A stretch of 61,542 bases of DNA, the filler included, from a bacterium (GTDB taxonomy: Bacteria; UBA9089; CG2-30-40-21; SBAY01): assembly GCA_040757115.1 (NCBI GenBank). It is 5 parts of 5 records of this genome, joined end to end, with 100 filler letters (N's around TTAATTAATTAA, not from the genome) between each part and the next. Parts side by side here need not be neighbours in the genome. Positions count along the whole stretch, not along the records: positions 12,616 to 25,017 come from JBFLYA010000117.1; positions 25,118 to 37,508 come from JBFLYA010000118.1; 3 more parts are not named here. One strand, 5' to 3'. Below the pieces are notes generated by a model. The model saw only the letters and a program-made list of their open reading frames with translations. It had not been told where the DNA came from and did no database searches. Both the position numbers and the translations under genes were made by a program. This document shows positions 18,958 through 28,359 of this stretch, one piece after another. How positions within the stretch are numbered: the stretch's first letter is position 1; every line of letters begins with the position of its first letter.

Positions 18958-20544
18958 ATGAGTAATATCGCGGTAATTGGAGGGGGATATTGGGGGAAAA
19001 ATCTTATCCGCAATTTTGCACAACTGGGGGCACTTCATACTATTTGTGATGCTGATGAAGGTAGATTAAAACAACTGGGAAAGGATTATCCACTTGTAAA
19101 TAAAACTATGGCATTTGCCGAAGTTTTAAGCAATAAAGAGATTGATGCTATAGTTATCTCTGCACCGGCAGAATTACATTATCAATTAACCATGGAGACT
19201 TTATCTGCAGGTAAAGATGTATTTTGTGAAAAACCATTAGCCTTAACGGCAGAACAGGGAATAGAATTAACTACCATCGCCCAGGAAAATAAAAGGATAT
19301 TGATGGTTGGGCATTTATTAGAATATCATCCAGCAATCTTGAAACTAAAAGAGCTGGTTGATAAAGGAGAGTTAGGCAAGATTAATTATATTTATTCAAG
19401 TCGGTTAAATCTTGGGAAAATAAGACGGGAGGAAAATATCCTGTGGAGTTTTGCACCACACGATATTGCGGTTATCTTGCTTTTATTAGGTGAAATACCA
19501 GATAGGGTTTGTGCTCTGGGTGGAAATTATTTACATTCTCAAATTGCTGATATTACGGTAACTCACCTGAACTTTAAAAGTGGTGTCCGGGCACATATCT
19601 TTGTCTCCTGGCTTCATCCCTACAAGGAACAAAAACTTATTGTTATTGGCGATAAGAAAATGGCGGTATTCGATGATGTTTTAGCCGAAGATAAACTACT
19701 TCTTTATCCTCATAAAATTGATTGGATTGACCGCGTGCCAATTCCAAAGAAAGAAAATGCCGAAAAGGTCGATTTTGAAATGAAAGAACCTTTACAAGAA
19801 GAATGCCGGCATTTTTTAGATTGTATCAACACGAGGCAAACTCCAAGAACAGATGGAAATAACGGTGTTCGGGTTTTAAGGATTTTACAAGCTTCTCAAT
19901 TCTCATTAGAAAATAATGGTCTGGTGGTAAATATTGAAGAACCAGCAAAAGCACAAAAATATTTTGCCCATCCGACGGCTATCATTGATACTCCCTCTGA
20001 GATTGGTGATGGAACTAAAATCTGGCATTATTCTCATATTATGGCAAAGGCAAAGATTGGGCAGAATTGTAATATTGGCCAGAATGTAGTTATAAGTCCA
20101 GATGTAGTTATTGGTAACGGCGTAAAGATTCAAAATAATGTCTCAGTTTATACTGGAGTTACTTTAGAAGATGATGTTTTTTGTGGGCCTTCAATGGTAT
20201 TTACCAATGTTATCACCCCACGAAGTCATATCTCTCGCAAGAACGAATACCGCAATACATTAATTAAAAAAGGAGCAACTATCGGTGCTAATGCCACTAT
20301 TGTTTGTGGAGTGACGATAGGCAATTATGCCTTCATCGGTGCAGGAGCAGTGGTCACGAAGGATGTCTTACCGTATTCATTAGTCATTGGTAATCCTGCC
20401 AGACAGGTTGGGTGGATGTGCCAATGTGGCGAAAAACTGAATTTTATCGAACAAATTGCTGAATGTGATAGATGTGGAAATCAATATACGCTACAAGAGG
20501 GTAAAATAAATTGTAACCGTTCAGGTATAGATAAAAATATGTAA
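18958..20544 (+). CDS. Fused Gfo/Idh/MocA dehydrogenase and hexapeptide N-acetyltransferase (WbpB/WbpD-like)
   Basis: CEKP motif, then HPTA...KIQNNVSVY...[10 protein letters not shown]...GNPAR and a Zn ribbon. Confidence 0.85.
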   Translation: MSNIAVIGGGYWGKNLIRNFAQLGALHTICDADEGRLKQLGKDYPLVNKTMAFAEVLSNKEIDAIVISAPAELHYQLTMETLSAGKDVFCEKPLALTAEQGIELTTIAQENKRILMVGHLLEYHPAILKLKELVDKGELGKINYIYSSRLNLGKIRREENILWSFAPHDIAVILLLLGEIPDRVCALGGNYLHSQIADITVTHLNFKSGVRAHIFVSWLHPYKEQKLIVIGDKKMAVFDDVLAEDKLLLYPHKIDWIDRVPIPKKENAEKVDFEMKEPLQEECRHFLDCINTRQTPRTDGNNGVRVLRILQASQFSLENNGLVVNIEEPAKAQKYFAHPTAIIDTPSEIGDGTKIWHYSHIMAKAKIGQNCNIGQNVVISPDVVIGNGVKIQNNVSVYTGVTLEDDVFCGPSMVFTNVITPRSHISRKNEYRNTLIKKGATIGANATIVCGVTIGNYAFIGAGAVVTKDVLPYSLVIGNPARQVGWMCQCGEKLNFIEQIAECDRCGNQYTLQEGKINCNRSGIDKNM

Positions 20545-20631
20545 CTATAACTCAAATCTCAAAACGCAAAACTCAAAACTACAACTTAAAACTAAAAAAG
20601 CGTTGATAGTAGATAGTTGATAGTTGAAGGA

Positions 20632-20800
20632 CTATAAACTATACACTATAAACTATAAACCATAAACTATAAACTATAAACCATAAACTATAAACCATAA
20701 ACTATAAACTATAAACCATAAACTATAAACCATAAACTATAAACCATAAACTATAAACTATAAACCATAAACTATAAACTATAAACCATAAACTATAAAC
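20632..20800 (+). repeat. Heptamer tandem repeat AC(T/C)ATAA, about 24 copies
   Basis: Seen directly; preceded by complementary GATAGTT units. Confidence 0.95.
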
Positions 20801-20886
20801 GAGTTTTGCATTTTTAGTTTTAAATTTTAAGTTTTTTCCTGCCCTCTCTTATTTTTTGCCAAAGTGGGGTTAGGTATAGATTGGCT

Positions 20887-22044
20887 ATGTCAGAAGTTTC
20901 CATTGTTAAATGTGCTGAATATCAGTTTGAAGAGGTCGCCAGAGCTGTTAGGAACAGTATTGACCTTATTGGTGGGATGGGCAGGTTTGTCAAAAAAGGA
21001 ATGCGGGTGTTGATAAAACCTAACCTTTTATCTGATAAACCACCCGAAAAAGCGGTTAATACCCATCCAACGATTATCAAGGCAGTTGTGGATTTGGTTA
21101 TTGAATATGGTGGTATTCCTTTAATCGGCGATAATCCAGGAATTCATAGTCTGACAAAGGTGATACAAAAATCGGGTCTGAACGAATTTATTAAGAATGA
21201 AGGTGTTTTTTTGTCTGATTTTAGCCAATACCTTTCCACACAATCCCCAAAAGATTATACTTTCAAAGAATTCAATATTGCCAAAGAAGTACTCGATGCA
21301 GATTTGGTCATTAACTTGCCTAAACTAAAAACTCATGGCCATATGATACTCACATTAGGGGTAAAAAATCTATACGGATGTCTTTCCAAACATGAGCGGA
21401 TACAATGGCATTTGAGAGCGGGTATTAACCGCGATTTTTTTGCCACAATGCTGGTTGAATTATATACCCTTATTCAACCTGGTTTGACGATTGTCGATGG
21501 AATTGTTGGTATGGAAGGTAATGGACCCAGCAATGGAACACTACGAAATATTGGACTAATTATCAGTGGTATTGATTGTCTGGCAATTGATACGGTTATT
21601 TGTCATCTCCTTAACATTAATAGCCAGCAGATATACACTATTCGGGTAGCAAAGGAAAAGAATATTGGAAAAACTTCGCTTGATGAAATAAATGTTGTTA
21701 GCAAAAATTTGAACCAATTTAAAATTAAGAATTTTCAACTACCACCAGAATTAACAGAAGATACAGTATGGGGGGTGTATATTCCTAAAAAACTCCGCAC
21801 ACCTTTAAAACAACATCTTATCCCTAAACCTGTTATAGATACTTTTAGATGTAATCTTTGTCATACCTGCGTTGACTTCTGTCCGGCAAAAGTTATAAAG
21901 GTAGAGAAAAAAAGAGTAATTATCGACTCTATGAAATGCATTCGTTGTTTTTGCTGTCAGGAATTTTGCCCACAAGGGGCAATTATTATCAAGGAAAACT
22001 GGCTTTATAAAATTAATCCATTAAAACTTATTGATAGTTTGTAG
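20887..22044 (+). CDS. DUF362 protein with C-terminal 2x[4Fe-4S] domain
   Basis: IKPN, NLPKLKTH, GVKN, EGNGP and two CxxCxxCxxxCP motifs. Confidence 0.9.
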   Translation: MSEVSIVKCAEYQFEEVARAVRNSIDLIGGMGRFVKKGMRVLIKPNLLSDKPPEKAVNTHPTIIKAVVDLVIEYGGIPLIGDNPGIHSLTKVIQKSGLNEFIKNEGVFLSDFSQYLSTQSPKDYTFKEFNIAKEVLDADLVINLPKLKTHGHMILTLGVKNLYGCLSKHERIQWHLRAGINRDFFATMLVELYTLIQPGLTIVDGIVGMEGNGPSNGTLRNIGLIISGIDCLAIDTVICHLLNINSQQIYTIRVAKEKNIGKTSLDEINVVSKNLNQFKIKNFQLPPELTEDTVWGVYIPKKLRTPLKQHLIPKPVIDTFRCNLCHTCVDFCPAKVIKVEKKRVIIDSMKCIRCFCCQEFCPQGAIIIKENWLYKINPLKLIDSL

Positions 22045-22092
22045 GCATTCCGAAGTCAGTGAAGATAGACTTCTACACTGCTCACTTACTTT

Positions 22093-22571
22093 GTATGTGT
22101 TTAGCGTGTTCCAAATTGCGTTGATTTGAGAAGTAACTCTTTGTTAAACAATAGGATACCGGTGCGAAATATTCCACAAGGAGTTTAATGCAAATATCAA
22201 AATGTAAAAATCAAAAGGACAAAGCAAAATGCAAAAATATACCCAAATAAATTGAGTTTGCAAATATTTTGCTCTAAAAAGGGATCAAGGATTTCGAGGG
22301 GGCAAGGATTCAAGGGAGGTGAAAAATAAGGTGTTCACTCGACCCCTGGATCCCTTGACCCCTTGAATCCTTTCAAGAAAGTTTTTGCAAACCTGTATAC
22401 TTGTAAGGCAATAAATTAAACACGAAGTCAAGATTTTTGATATTTGATATGTCATTTTGCATTTTAATATTTAATTTTTGATTTTGTATTACACAACTTG
22501 TTATGTTTGAAGTAGGTTCGCACTAAGTCAGTACCATTCATTTGTGCTCTCTGACCACGCTAAACAGGTAG
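22093..22571. mobile_element. GTA-ended MITE with 8-bp TSD and a nested insertion
   Basis: Ends GTATGTGTTTAGCGTG/CACGCTAAACAGGTAG, TSD CTTACTTT; copies at 43505-43867 and partial at about 37731-37981. Confidence 0.85.
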
Positions 22572-22579
22572 CTTACTTT

Positions 22580-23569
22580 TTACGGCACTTCAATTTTATT
22601 TAAAATCTTTCTGACAATATCTTCCGTAGTCATTTCTTCTGCCTCTGCCTCGTAGGAAATAATAATTCTATGTCGTAAAACTTCCATTGCCATTGCTCGA
22701 ACATCTTCTGGAATAACATAACCTCGTCTTCGTAAAAAGGCATGTGCCTTAGCGGTTAATGACAGATAAATAGATGCCCTTGGCGAAGCACCCCATTCAA
22801 TTAAAGGTTTTAAGTCATCTAAATCATATCTTTCTGGATAACGGGTAGCAAAGACGATATCTAAGATATATTGTTCTATCTTTTCATCCATATAGACATC
22901 TTTAACTACTTCTCGTGCTTTTATAATACTTGCTGGTGAGATAACTGGTTGTATTTGAGGATGTTCTTTTCTCGTCATTCGACGCATTATCTCTAATTCC
23001 TCGTTTTTATTTGGGTAGTCAATTTTTAGTTTTAACATAAACCTATCCAGTTGGGCTTCTGGTAAAGGATAAGTTCCTTCCTGCTCAATCGGGTTTTGAG
23101 TGGCTAGGACCAAAAATGGCTCTTCTAAAGGATAGGAGGCTTCGCCAATGGTTACTTGTTTTTCTTGCATTGCCTCAAGGAGTGCACTCTGGACTTTAGC
23201 CGGGGCACGATTTATCTCATCGGCTAAAATCAGGTTAGCAAAGATAGGACCTTTTTTAACCTTGAATTCCCCAGTTTTTTGTTCATAAATCATTGTCCCG
23301 ATTAAATCTGCGGGTAAAAGGTCTGGGGTAAATTGTAGTCGTTGAAATTTAGTTTGAATAGTCGCAGATAATGTTTTAATCGCCAATGTCTTGGCTAATC
23401 CTGGAACTCCCTCTAATAAAATATGTCCATTAGCCAGAAGTCCAATCAGTAACCTTTCTAAAATAGACCTCTGTCCAACAATTATCTTGCCTATCTCACT
23501 CAAAATTTCATCCACAAATGCACTTTCTTTATTAATTCTTTCATGCAATATCTTGATGTTTTCATCCAT
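22580..23569 (-). CDS. moxR: MoxR-family AAA+ ATPase
   Basis: EGVPGLAKT, FTPDLLPAD, DEINRAPAKVQSALLEAMQE. Confidence 0.95.
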   Translation of the reverse strand: MDENIKILHERINKESAFVDEILSEIGKIIVGQRSILERLLIGLLANGHILLEGVPGLAKTLAIKTLSATIQTKFQRLQFTPDLLPADLIGTMIYEQKTGEFKVKKGPIFANLILADEINRAPAKVQSALLEAMQEKQVTIGEASYPLEEPFLVLATQNPIEQEGTYPLPEAQLDRFMLKLKIDYPNKNEELEIMRRMTRKEHPQIQPVISPASIIKAREVVKDVYMDEKIEQYILDIVFATRYPERYDLDDLKPLIEWGASPRASIYLSLTAKAHAFLRRRGYVIPEDVRAMAMEVLRHRIIISYEAEAEEMTTEDIVRKILNKIEVP

Positions 23570-23591
23570 TTTTAATATACACTTTGTCTTT

Positions 23592-24749
23592 CTATATAAG
23601 GTCTATTAGAGACCCAATAATAAACTTTAGTTCATCTTTTTTGTCTCCTAATCCATCCGAGTCACAAAACCAGGAGACAAAAATAGTATTTTTGAATTTT
23701 GTCTTATAAATAGGTAAGAATCCTTCGATTTTTAACCGTTGTTCTTCCTTATCGCTAAAATTTTCACTTCTGCCCATGCCAATATCTAAGTATGCTCCAT
23801 TAAGTTTATGCCCAATATTTAAGAATCTAATTCCATAAAAAGTCCTGACGAAAATATTGGTTATAGAATCATCTACATTTACACCCCCGGCTCGCAGTAA
23901 TAATCCAAGACTTACGCTATGACGCTCATTATTAAGTGAGTTTTTATTAAAAACAGAAAATCTATACAATTCAAATAAAAAACCCAGACTATACTCGAGG
24001 GATTTTTGAACTAATTCGCTTGATGATGATTGAGAAGCCGCAATGGTACTGGATAATTGGAAATTGGTTAATAAACTCAATCTTTCATTCAATCTATTAT
24101 GTGTTTTTAATCCAATAAGCGGAAATATATCTGTAAATTTAGTTTTACTCATCGCATATTCACAGCCAACTATAAATTTTATTGTCTGAGGAATATCCGT
24201 ATCTTCTAATTTAAAGGTTGTGCAGTTTGCTATTTTGGATAATGGAGACCAATTTGATGCTTCATCTGAGGTTTTAATCGCAAAGTAGTAGGTAGTTTGA
24301 GGAGATAAATTTCCTATCGTCCATCGCTCAAGGGTTCCTGAACTCCCTGGTTTTGGCTCTTTTTCTACCTGGATAGTATCATCCCAATTCTCATCTGTAA
24401 TTGGAACAAGGGAATAGCGAATATCATAGGTCGTCACACTTCCTCCTGGAGTAGTCCAGGTTAAGGAAATAGAATCCTGTCTTTTATGGACAACCGTTAA
24501 ATCTTTAATAGAAGTAGGCGGGACTATCTCTTTAAGAGCTGGCGTCAAGATACCTTCTGAAGTTTGATTAAAAATGTCCTCAAAAGACAGCGTAGATGAA
24601 GTAGAAGGAAGAGAGGATGTGCTTGAAACAGTTGTCGTTGGTAGAGTTATAGTTAACTCATCTAATTCTAACTTATCCGCCGCATAAGTATAAAAGTCCC
24701 CACCTAAATAAATAGCAATAACTAATCTTATGATATTTTTTAACATCAT
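23592..24749 (-). CDS. Secreted fibronectin type III domain protein
   Basis: SISLTWTTPG...YDIRYS...LSPQTTYYFAIKT.DE..NWS.LS. Confidence 0.75.
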   Translation of the reverse strand: MMLKNIIRLVIAIYLGGDFYTYAADKLELDELTITLPTTTVSSTSSLPSTSSTLSFEDIFNQTSEGILTPALKEIVPPTSIKDLTVVHKRQDSISLTWTTPGGSVTTYDIRYSLVPITDENWDDTIQVEKEPKPGSSGTLERWTIGNLSPQTTYYFAIKTSDEASNWSPLSKIANCTTFKLEDTDIPQTIKFIVGCEYAMSKTKFTDIFPLIGLKTHNRLNERLSLLTNFQLSSTIAASQSSSSELVQKSLEYSLGFLFELYRFSVFNKNSLNNERHSVSLGLLLRAGGVNVDDSITNIFVRTFYGIRFLNIGHKLNGAYLDIGMGRSENFSDKEEQRLKIEGFLPIYKTKFKNTIFVSWFCDSDGLGDKKDELKFIIGSLIDLI

Positions 24750-24766
24750 TATTAACCCCCTGAAAG

Positions 24767-24839
24767 GTAAGCATTCAGCGGTCAGCCATCAATTGTCAGC
24801 ATTTAGCCATCTTTCAAAAACTGAATGCTGAACGCTTAC
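24767..24839. mobile_element. Minimal IS66-type MITE
   Basis: GTAAGCATTCAGC...GCTGAACGCTTAC. Confidence 0.7.
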
Positions 24840-25017
24840 ATATTTTTATATTATACCTTAAATTAAGATTAATTGCAAGTATTTTTTTACTTGAACCTTC
24901 AATTCAGACATAAAAAAGAAGATATAAGGGGTAATAAAAAAAAGATTATTATTTTGGATAAGGAAGATAGGGTTGATAAAAATGAGATATGTTAGTTTCT
25001 CTGATGGTGAGATTGTA

Positions 25018-25117
25018 NNNNNNNNNNNNNNNNNNNNNNNNNNNNNNNNNNNNNNNNNNNNTTAATTAATTAANNNNNNNNNNNNNNNNNNNNNNNNNNN
25101 NNNNNNNNNNNNNNNNN
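25018..25117. other. Artificial contig linker
   Basis: N/TTAATTAATTAA/N. Confidence 0.98.
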
Positions 25118-25435
25118 TTAGACTAATAAAAATAATCACACAGAGACACAAAGTCACAAAGGAATTGAATAAAACAATAAACCTTTGTGTTCTTTGTGGC
25201 TTTGTGTGAGAAAATAAAAAGGAGATATTTTAGGGTCAAACCGTAAATGTGGAATGCACAATAATTCGGTGAGGCAGAGGAAAAGGAAAAGACAGCGAAT
25301 CAAAGCTTTTGTCTAACCCTGCGTTGCAGTTGACGGCGGGGGACTGTGCCGTGGTCAGAGTTTTGTGGTCTCTCAAAGTTTTATCTTGCTATCAAACTTT
25401 TGTGGTAATCCTCCCCGCAGCAGGTGAGCTCAATC
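25118..25435 (+). mobile_element. ORF-less cassette type B (hairpin, 80-bp leader, attC)
   Basis: Copies at 37041-37358 and 37359-37508. Confidence 0.85.
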
Positions 25436-25442
25436 GTTAGGC
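25311..25442 (+). repeat. attC site, type 2/type 1 hybrid
   Basis: GTCTAAC...GTTAGGC; left arm type 2, right arm type 1. Confidence 0.9.
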
Positions 25443-25465
25443 AAAAACAACTTTGGAGAGTATCT

Positions 25466-25783
25466 ATGATTTCTGAAAAAATAATTAAAAAAGCAATAGA
25501 ACGATTGATAGAAGTAGCAAATCCACAAAAGATATATCTATTTGGCTCTTATGCACGTGGTGATGCTCGAGAGCAATCTGATTTAGACCTTTTGGTCGTT
25601 GAACAAACGATAAAAAGCCAACGAAAGGAAATGGTTTATCTCCATGATGCAATTCGTTCAATGTGTATTCCTGTAGACATTATACCTGTAAGCGAAGCTA
25701 CTTTTAACGAATGGTCCAATGTACCAGGTACTGTCATTCATAAAGCCAAAACTGAAGGACGATTATGCTATGAAAAATCGTAA
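25466..25783 (+). CDS. Cassette: MNT nucleotidyltransferase antitoxin
   Basis: LFGSYARGD...SDLDLLV. Confidence 0.9.
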   Translation: MISEKIIKKAIERLIEVANPQKIYLFGSYARGDAREQSDLDLLVVEQTIKSQRKEMVYLHDAIRSMCIPVDIIPVSEATFNEWSNVPGTVIHKAKTEGRLCYEKS

Positions 25784-26165
25784 ACTTGCAGAACGGTTTC
25801 TGAGTAAAGCAAATCAAGATATGATTGTTATCGAGAAGTGGCGGCAAGACAAGGAGATTCCTGATGAGATTTTAGGCTTTCATGCTCAACAAGCGGCTGA
25901 GAAAATGCTTAAAGCGGTTTTGGCCTATCAAGGGATCGAATTTCCATTTACTCATCGATTGGCTGACTTGATAGACTTAAGCAAAAAGCAAGGTATCGTT
26001 TTACCAGAGAGATTGGAAGAGGTACGTTTTTTGACTCCTTTTGCTGTTAAGTTTCGTTATGACCTTTATTATGAAGAGGATAAAGAACCTATTGATTTTA
26101 AAGAAATATTCACCTTGCTTATCGAATTACGCAACTGGGTGAATACAATAATCTCTCAGGAGTGA
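25770..26165 (+). CDS. Cassette: HEPN domain toxin
   Basis: GFHAQQAAEKMLKA...THRL...RY; overlaps the MNT gene. Confidence 0.9.
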   Translation: MKNRKLAERFLSKANQDMIVIEKWRQDKEIPDEILGFHAQQAAEKMLKAVLAYQGIEFPFTHRLADLIDLSKKQGIVLPERLEEVRFLTPFAVKFRYDLYYEEDKEPIDFKEIFTLLIELRNWVNTIISQE

Positions 26166-26171
26166 TAATTT

Positions 26172-26227
26172 GCCTAACGAATCGTTGCAGCGGACGGCGG
26201 GGGATTGTGCCGTGATTAAAAGTTTTG
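26172..26227 (+). repeat. Truncated native attC (left half)
   Basis: TTTGCCTAAC matches the cassette's own 5' core GTTAGGCAAA, then breaks off. Confidence 0.8.
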
Positions 26228-26323
26228 AAACCGGGAAAGATATTAGGGTCAAACCGTGAATGTGGAATGCACAATAATTCGGTGAGGCAGAGGAAAAGGA
26301 AAAGACAGCGAATCAGAGTTTTT

Positions 26324-26455
26324 GTCTAACCCTGCGTTGCAGTTGACGGCGGGGGACTGTGCCGTGGTCAGAGTTTTGTGGTCTCTCAAAGTTTTATCTT
26401 GCTATCAAACTTTTGTGGTAATTCTCCCCGCCGCACCTGAACTTTATCGTTAGAC
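26324..26455 (+). repeat. attC site, type 2
   Basis: GTCTAAC...GTTAGAC. Confidence 0.9.
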
Positions 26456-26540
26456 ACTTGAGTTTTAAGATATTTCGGCTGTGCGATGTTATAAGGTTTG
26501 CTGATTAAAGGCAAATATAATTTAAAAGGAGTATGTATAA

Positions 26541-26753
26541 ATGAAGATAAAAGAAAAAGCCATGAAGGAATTGAAGGCAATGACACCGTTAGAAATTATC
26601 ACGATTTATGAGATAATGCTTTCGTTAAAAATCAAAACAAAGAAGAAACTTCCAAATCATTCAAAAGCCTATATCAAAGTGAGAGAGGCATTAAGTAAAT
26701 GCGACGGGTCGTTAAGCAATGACATACTTATGGAAAGAGAGGATAAAATTTGA
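26541..26753 (+). CDS. Cassette: putative antitoxin
   Basis: Small gene overlapping a PIN gene; ends LSNDILMEREDKI. Confidence 0.7.
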   Translation: MKIKEKAMKELKAMTPLEIITIYEIMLSLKIKTKKKLPNHSKAYIKVREALSKCDGSLSNDILMEREDKI

Positions 26754-27202
26754 AACTGTTCATTGATAGTTCCGCACTTGTTAAATTCTTTCATAAAGAA
26801 GAAGGCTCTCAGAGAGTTACGGAATTAATAGTTTCGGAAGACAATGAGATATGGATTTCCGAAATTGCCGGAGTTGAATTTCTCTCTGCGGTAACAAGAA
26901 GATTTAGGAATAAAGAAATAGATGAGGAGAATTTGAATAATGCCATTTCGGGTTTTGAAGAACAGTTAAGCACTTTCAATGTAGAGCCTGTAGGACATGC
27001 GATAATTAAAGAAACTGAATCTTTAATCAAACAACATGGAAAGTCACAAGGACTTAGAACACTTGACGCACTACACCTCGGAACATTTAATCTGATTGCT
27101 GAAAAAGACTGGGTATTTGTAGCAGCAGACGAAACTCTCTGTAAAGCAGTTCACCAAATGGGATACAGTTTTATAAATCCTCTTGAAGATCAGAGACAAT
27201 AA
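26750..27202 (+). CDS. Cassette: PIN-domain (VapC) toxin
   Basis: FIDSSALVK...E...LRTLDALHL...AAD. Confidence 0.9.
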   Translation: MKLFIDSSALVKFFHKEEGSQRVTELIVSEDNEIWISEIAGVEFLSAVTRRFRNKEIDEENLNNAISGFEEQLSTFNVEPVGHAIIKETESLIKQHGKSQGLRTLDALHLGTFNLIAEKDWVFVAADETLCKAVHQMGYSFINPLEDQRQ

Positions 27203-27310
27203 CAAGTTGAATACCAAGAGGAGGATAGATTAGGTTCAAACCTCGAAGATAGAATTTACAAAAAACCGAAGATTAAGAAAAGAAGAAAAAGACGGCGGAG
27301 CAAGTCTTTT

Positions 27311-27442
27311 ACCTAACAAATCGTTGCAGCGGACGGCGGGGGACTGTGCCGTGGTCAGAGTTTTGTGGTCTCTCAAAGTTTTATCTTGCTATCAAACTTT
27401 TGTGGTAATCCTCCCCGCCGCACCTGAACTTTATCGTTAGCA
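27311..27442 (+). repeat. attC site, type 2
   Basis: ACCTAAC...GTTAGCA. Confidence 0.9.
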
Positions 27443-27461
27443 TCAAACATTTTCAGAAGAG

Positions 27462-27665
27462 GTGAATTATACCATGCGAAGAAAAGATTATATTCAACTT
27501 CAGAGAAAATACGGTGGTAATTTTATTGCCACTATGAATGACCAGATAGTTGCTGTAGCAAAAACTCAGAAAGAGTTAACCTATAAAATAACCGAAAAAA
27601 AATTAAAGAGAAAAGATGTCATCTATGAATATATCGAACCGAAAGGAGCTATCTGTGTCTATTGA
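27462..27665 (+). CDS. Cassette: small DUF5678-like protein
   Basis: KYGGNFIA...IVA pattern, coupled to a protease gene. Confidence 0.6.
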   Translation: MNYTMRRKDYIQLQRKYGGNFIATMNDQIVAVAKTQKELTYKITEKKLKRKDVIYEYIEPKGAICVY

Positions 27666-28065
27666 ATTCCCGCTTAGAGAAAAAAGAACACATTTAGGAG
27701 TTATCCCTGACCCTAAAATAGATATCCTGATATTGGAAAAATCTGGCTATGCTCCTTACAGATTTCTCCTCGATACAGGTGCTGACTGTACAATGATGCC
27801 TTCCTCATCAGCGGAAGACTTAGGCATTGATTTAGAGCAGTGTCCTATTGATCGTTCTTATGGTATTGAAGGAGATGGTGTAAAAGTTTATCTTAGTCCG
27901 ATAACAGTTAAAATCGGAAGTCATAACCTAACTATTAAATGCCTCTTCTCAGAGAAGGAAAATACTCCTTATTTACTGGGACGGATGGATATTTTCTCTC
28001 ATTTTAATATCACCTTTGATAATGAACAGAAGAAACTAATTCTTACACATATTCCTACTGATTAG
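27655..28065 (+). CDS. Cassette: retropepsin-like aspartyl protease
   Basis: FLLDTGA and LLGR motifs; GTG start after AAGGAG. Confidence 0.85.
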   Translation: MSIEFPLREKRTHLGVIPDPKIDILILEKSGYAPYRFLLDTGADCTMMPSSSAEDLGIDLEQCPIDRSYGIEGDGVKVYLSPITVKIGSHNLTIKCLFSEKENTPYLLGRMDIFSHFNITFDNEQKKLILTHIPTD

Positions 28066-28190
28066 CCCTACTGTGGAGAAAGATATTATTAGTTAGGGTC
28101 AATTATTAGTTAGGGTCAAACCGTGAATGTGGAATGCACAATAATTCGGTGAGGCAGAGGAAAAGGAAAAGACAGCGAATCAAAGCTTTT

Positions 28191-28322
28191 GTCTAACCCT
28201 GCGTTGCAGTTGACGGCGGGGGACTGTGCCGTGGTCAGAGTTTTGTGGTCTCTCAAAGTTTTATCTTGCTATCAAACTTTTGTGGTAATTCTCCCCGCCG
28301 CACCTGAACTTTATCGTTAGCA
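28191..28322 (+). repeat. attC site, type 2
   Basis: GTCTAAC...GTTAGCA. Confidence 0.9.
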
Positions 28323-28359
28323 TATAATACAAGCATTGAATAACACGACATAAGGAGGA

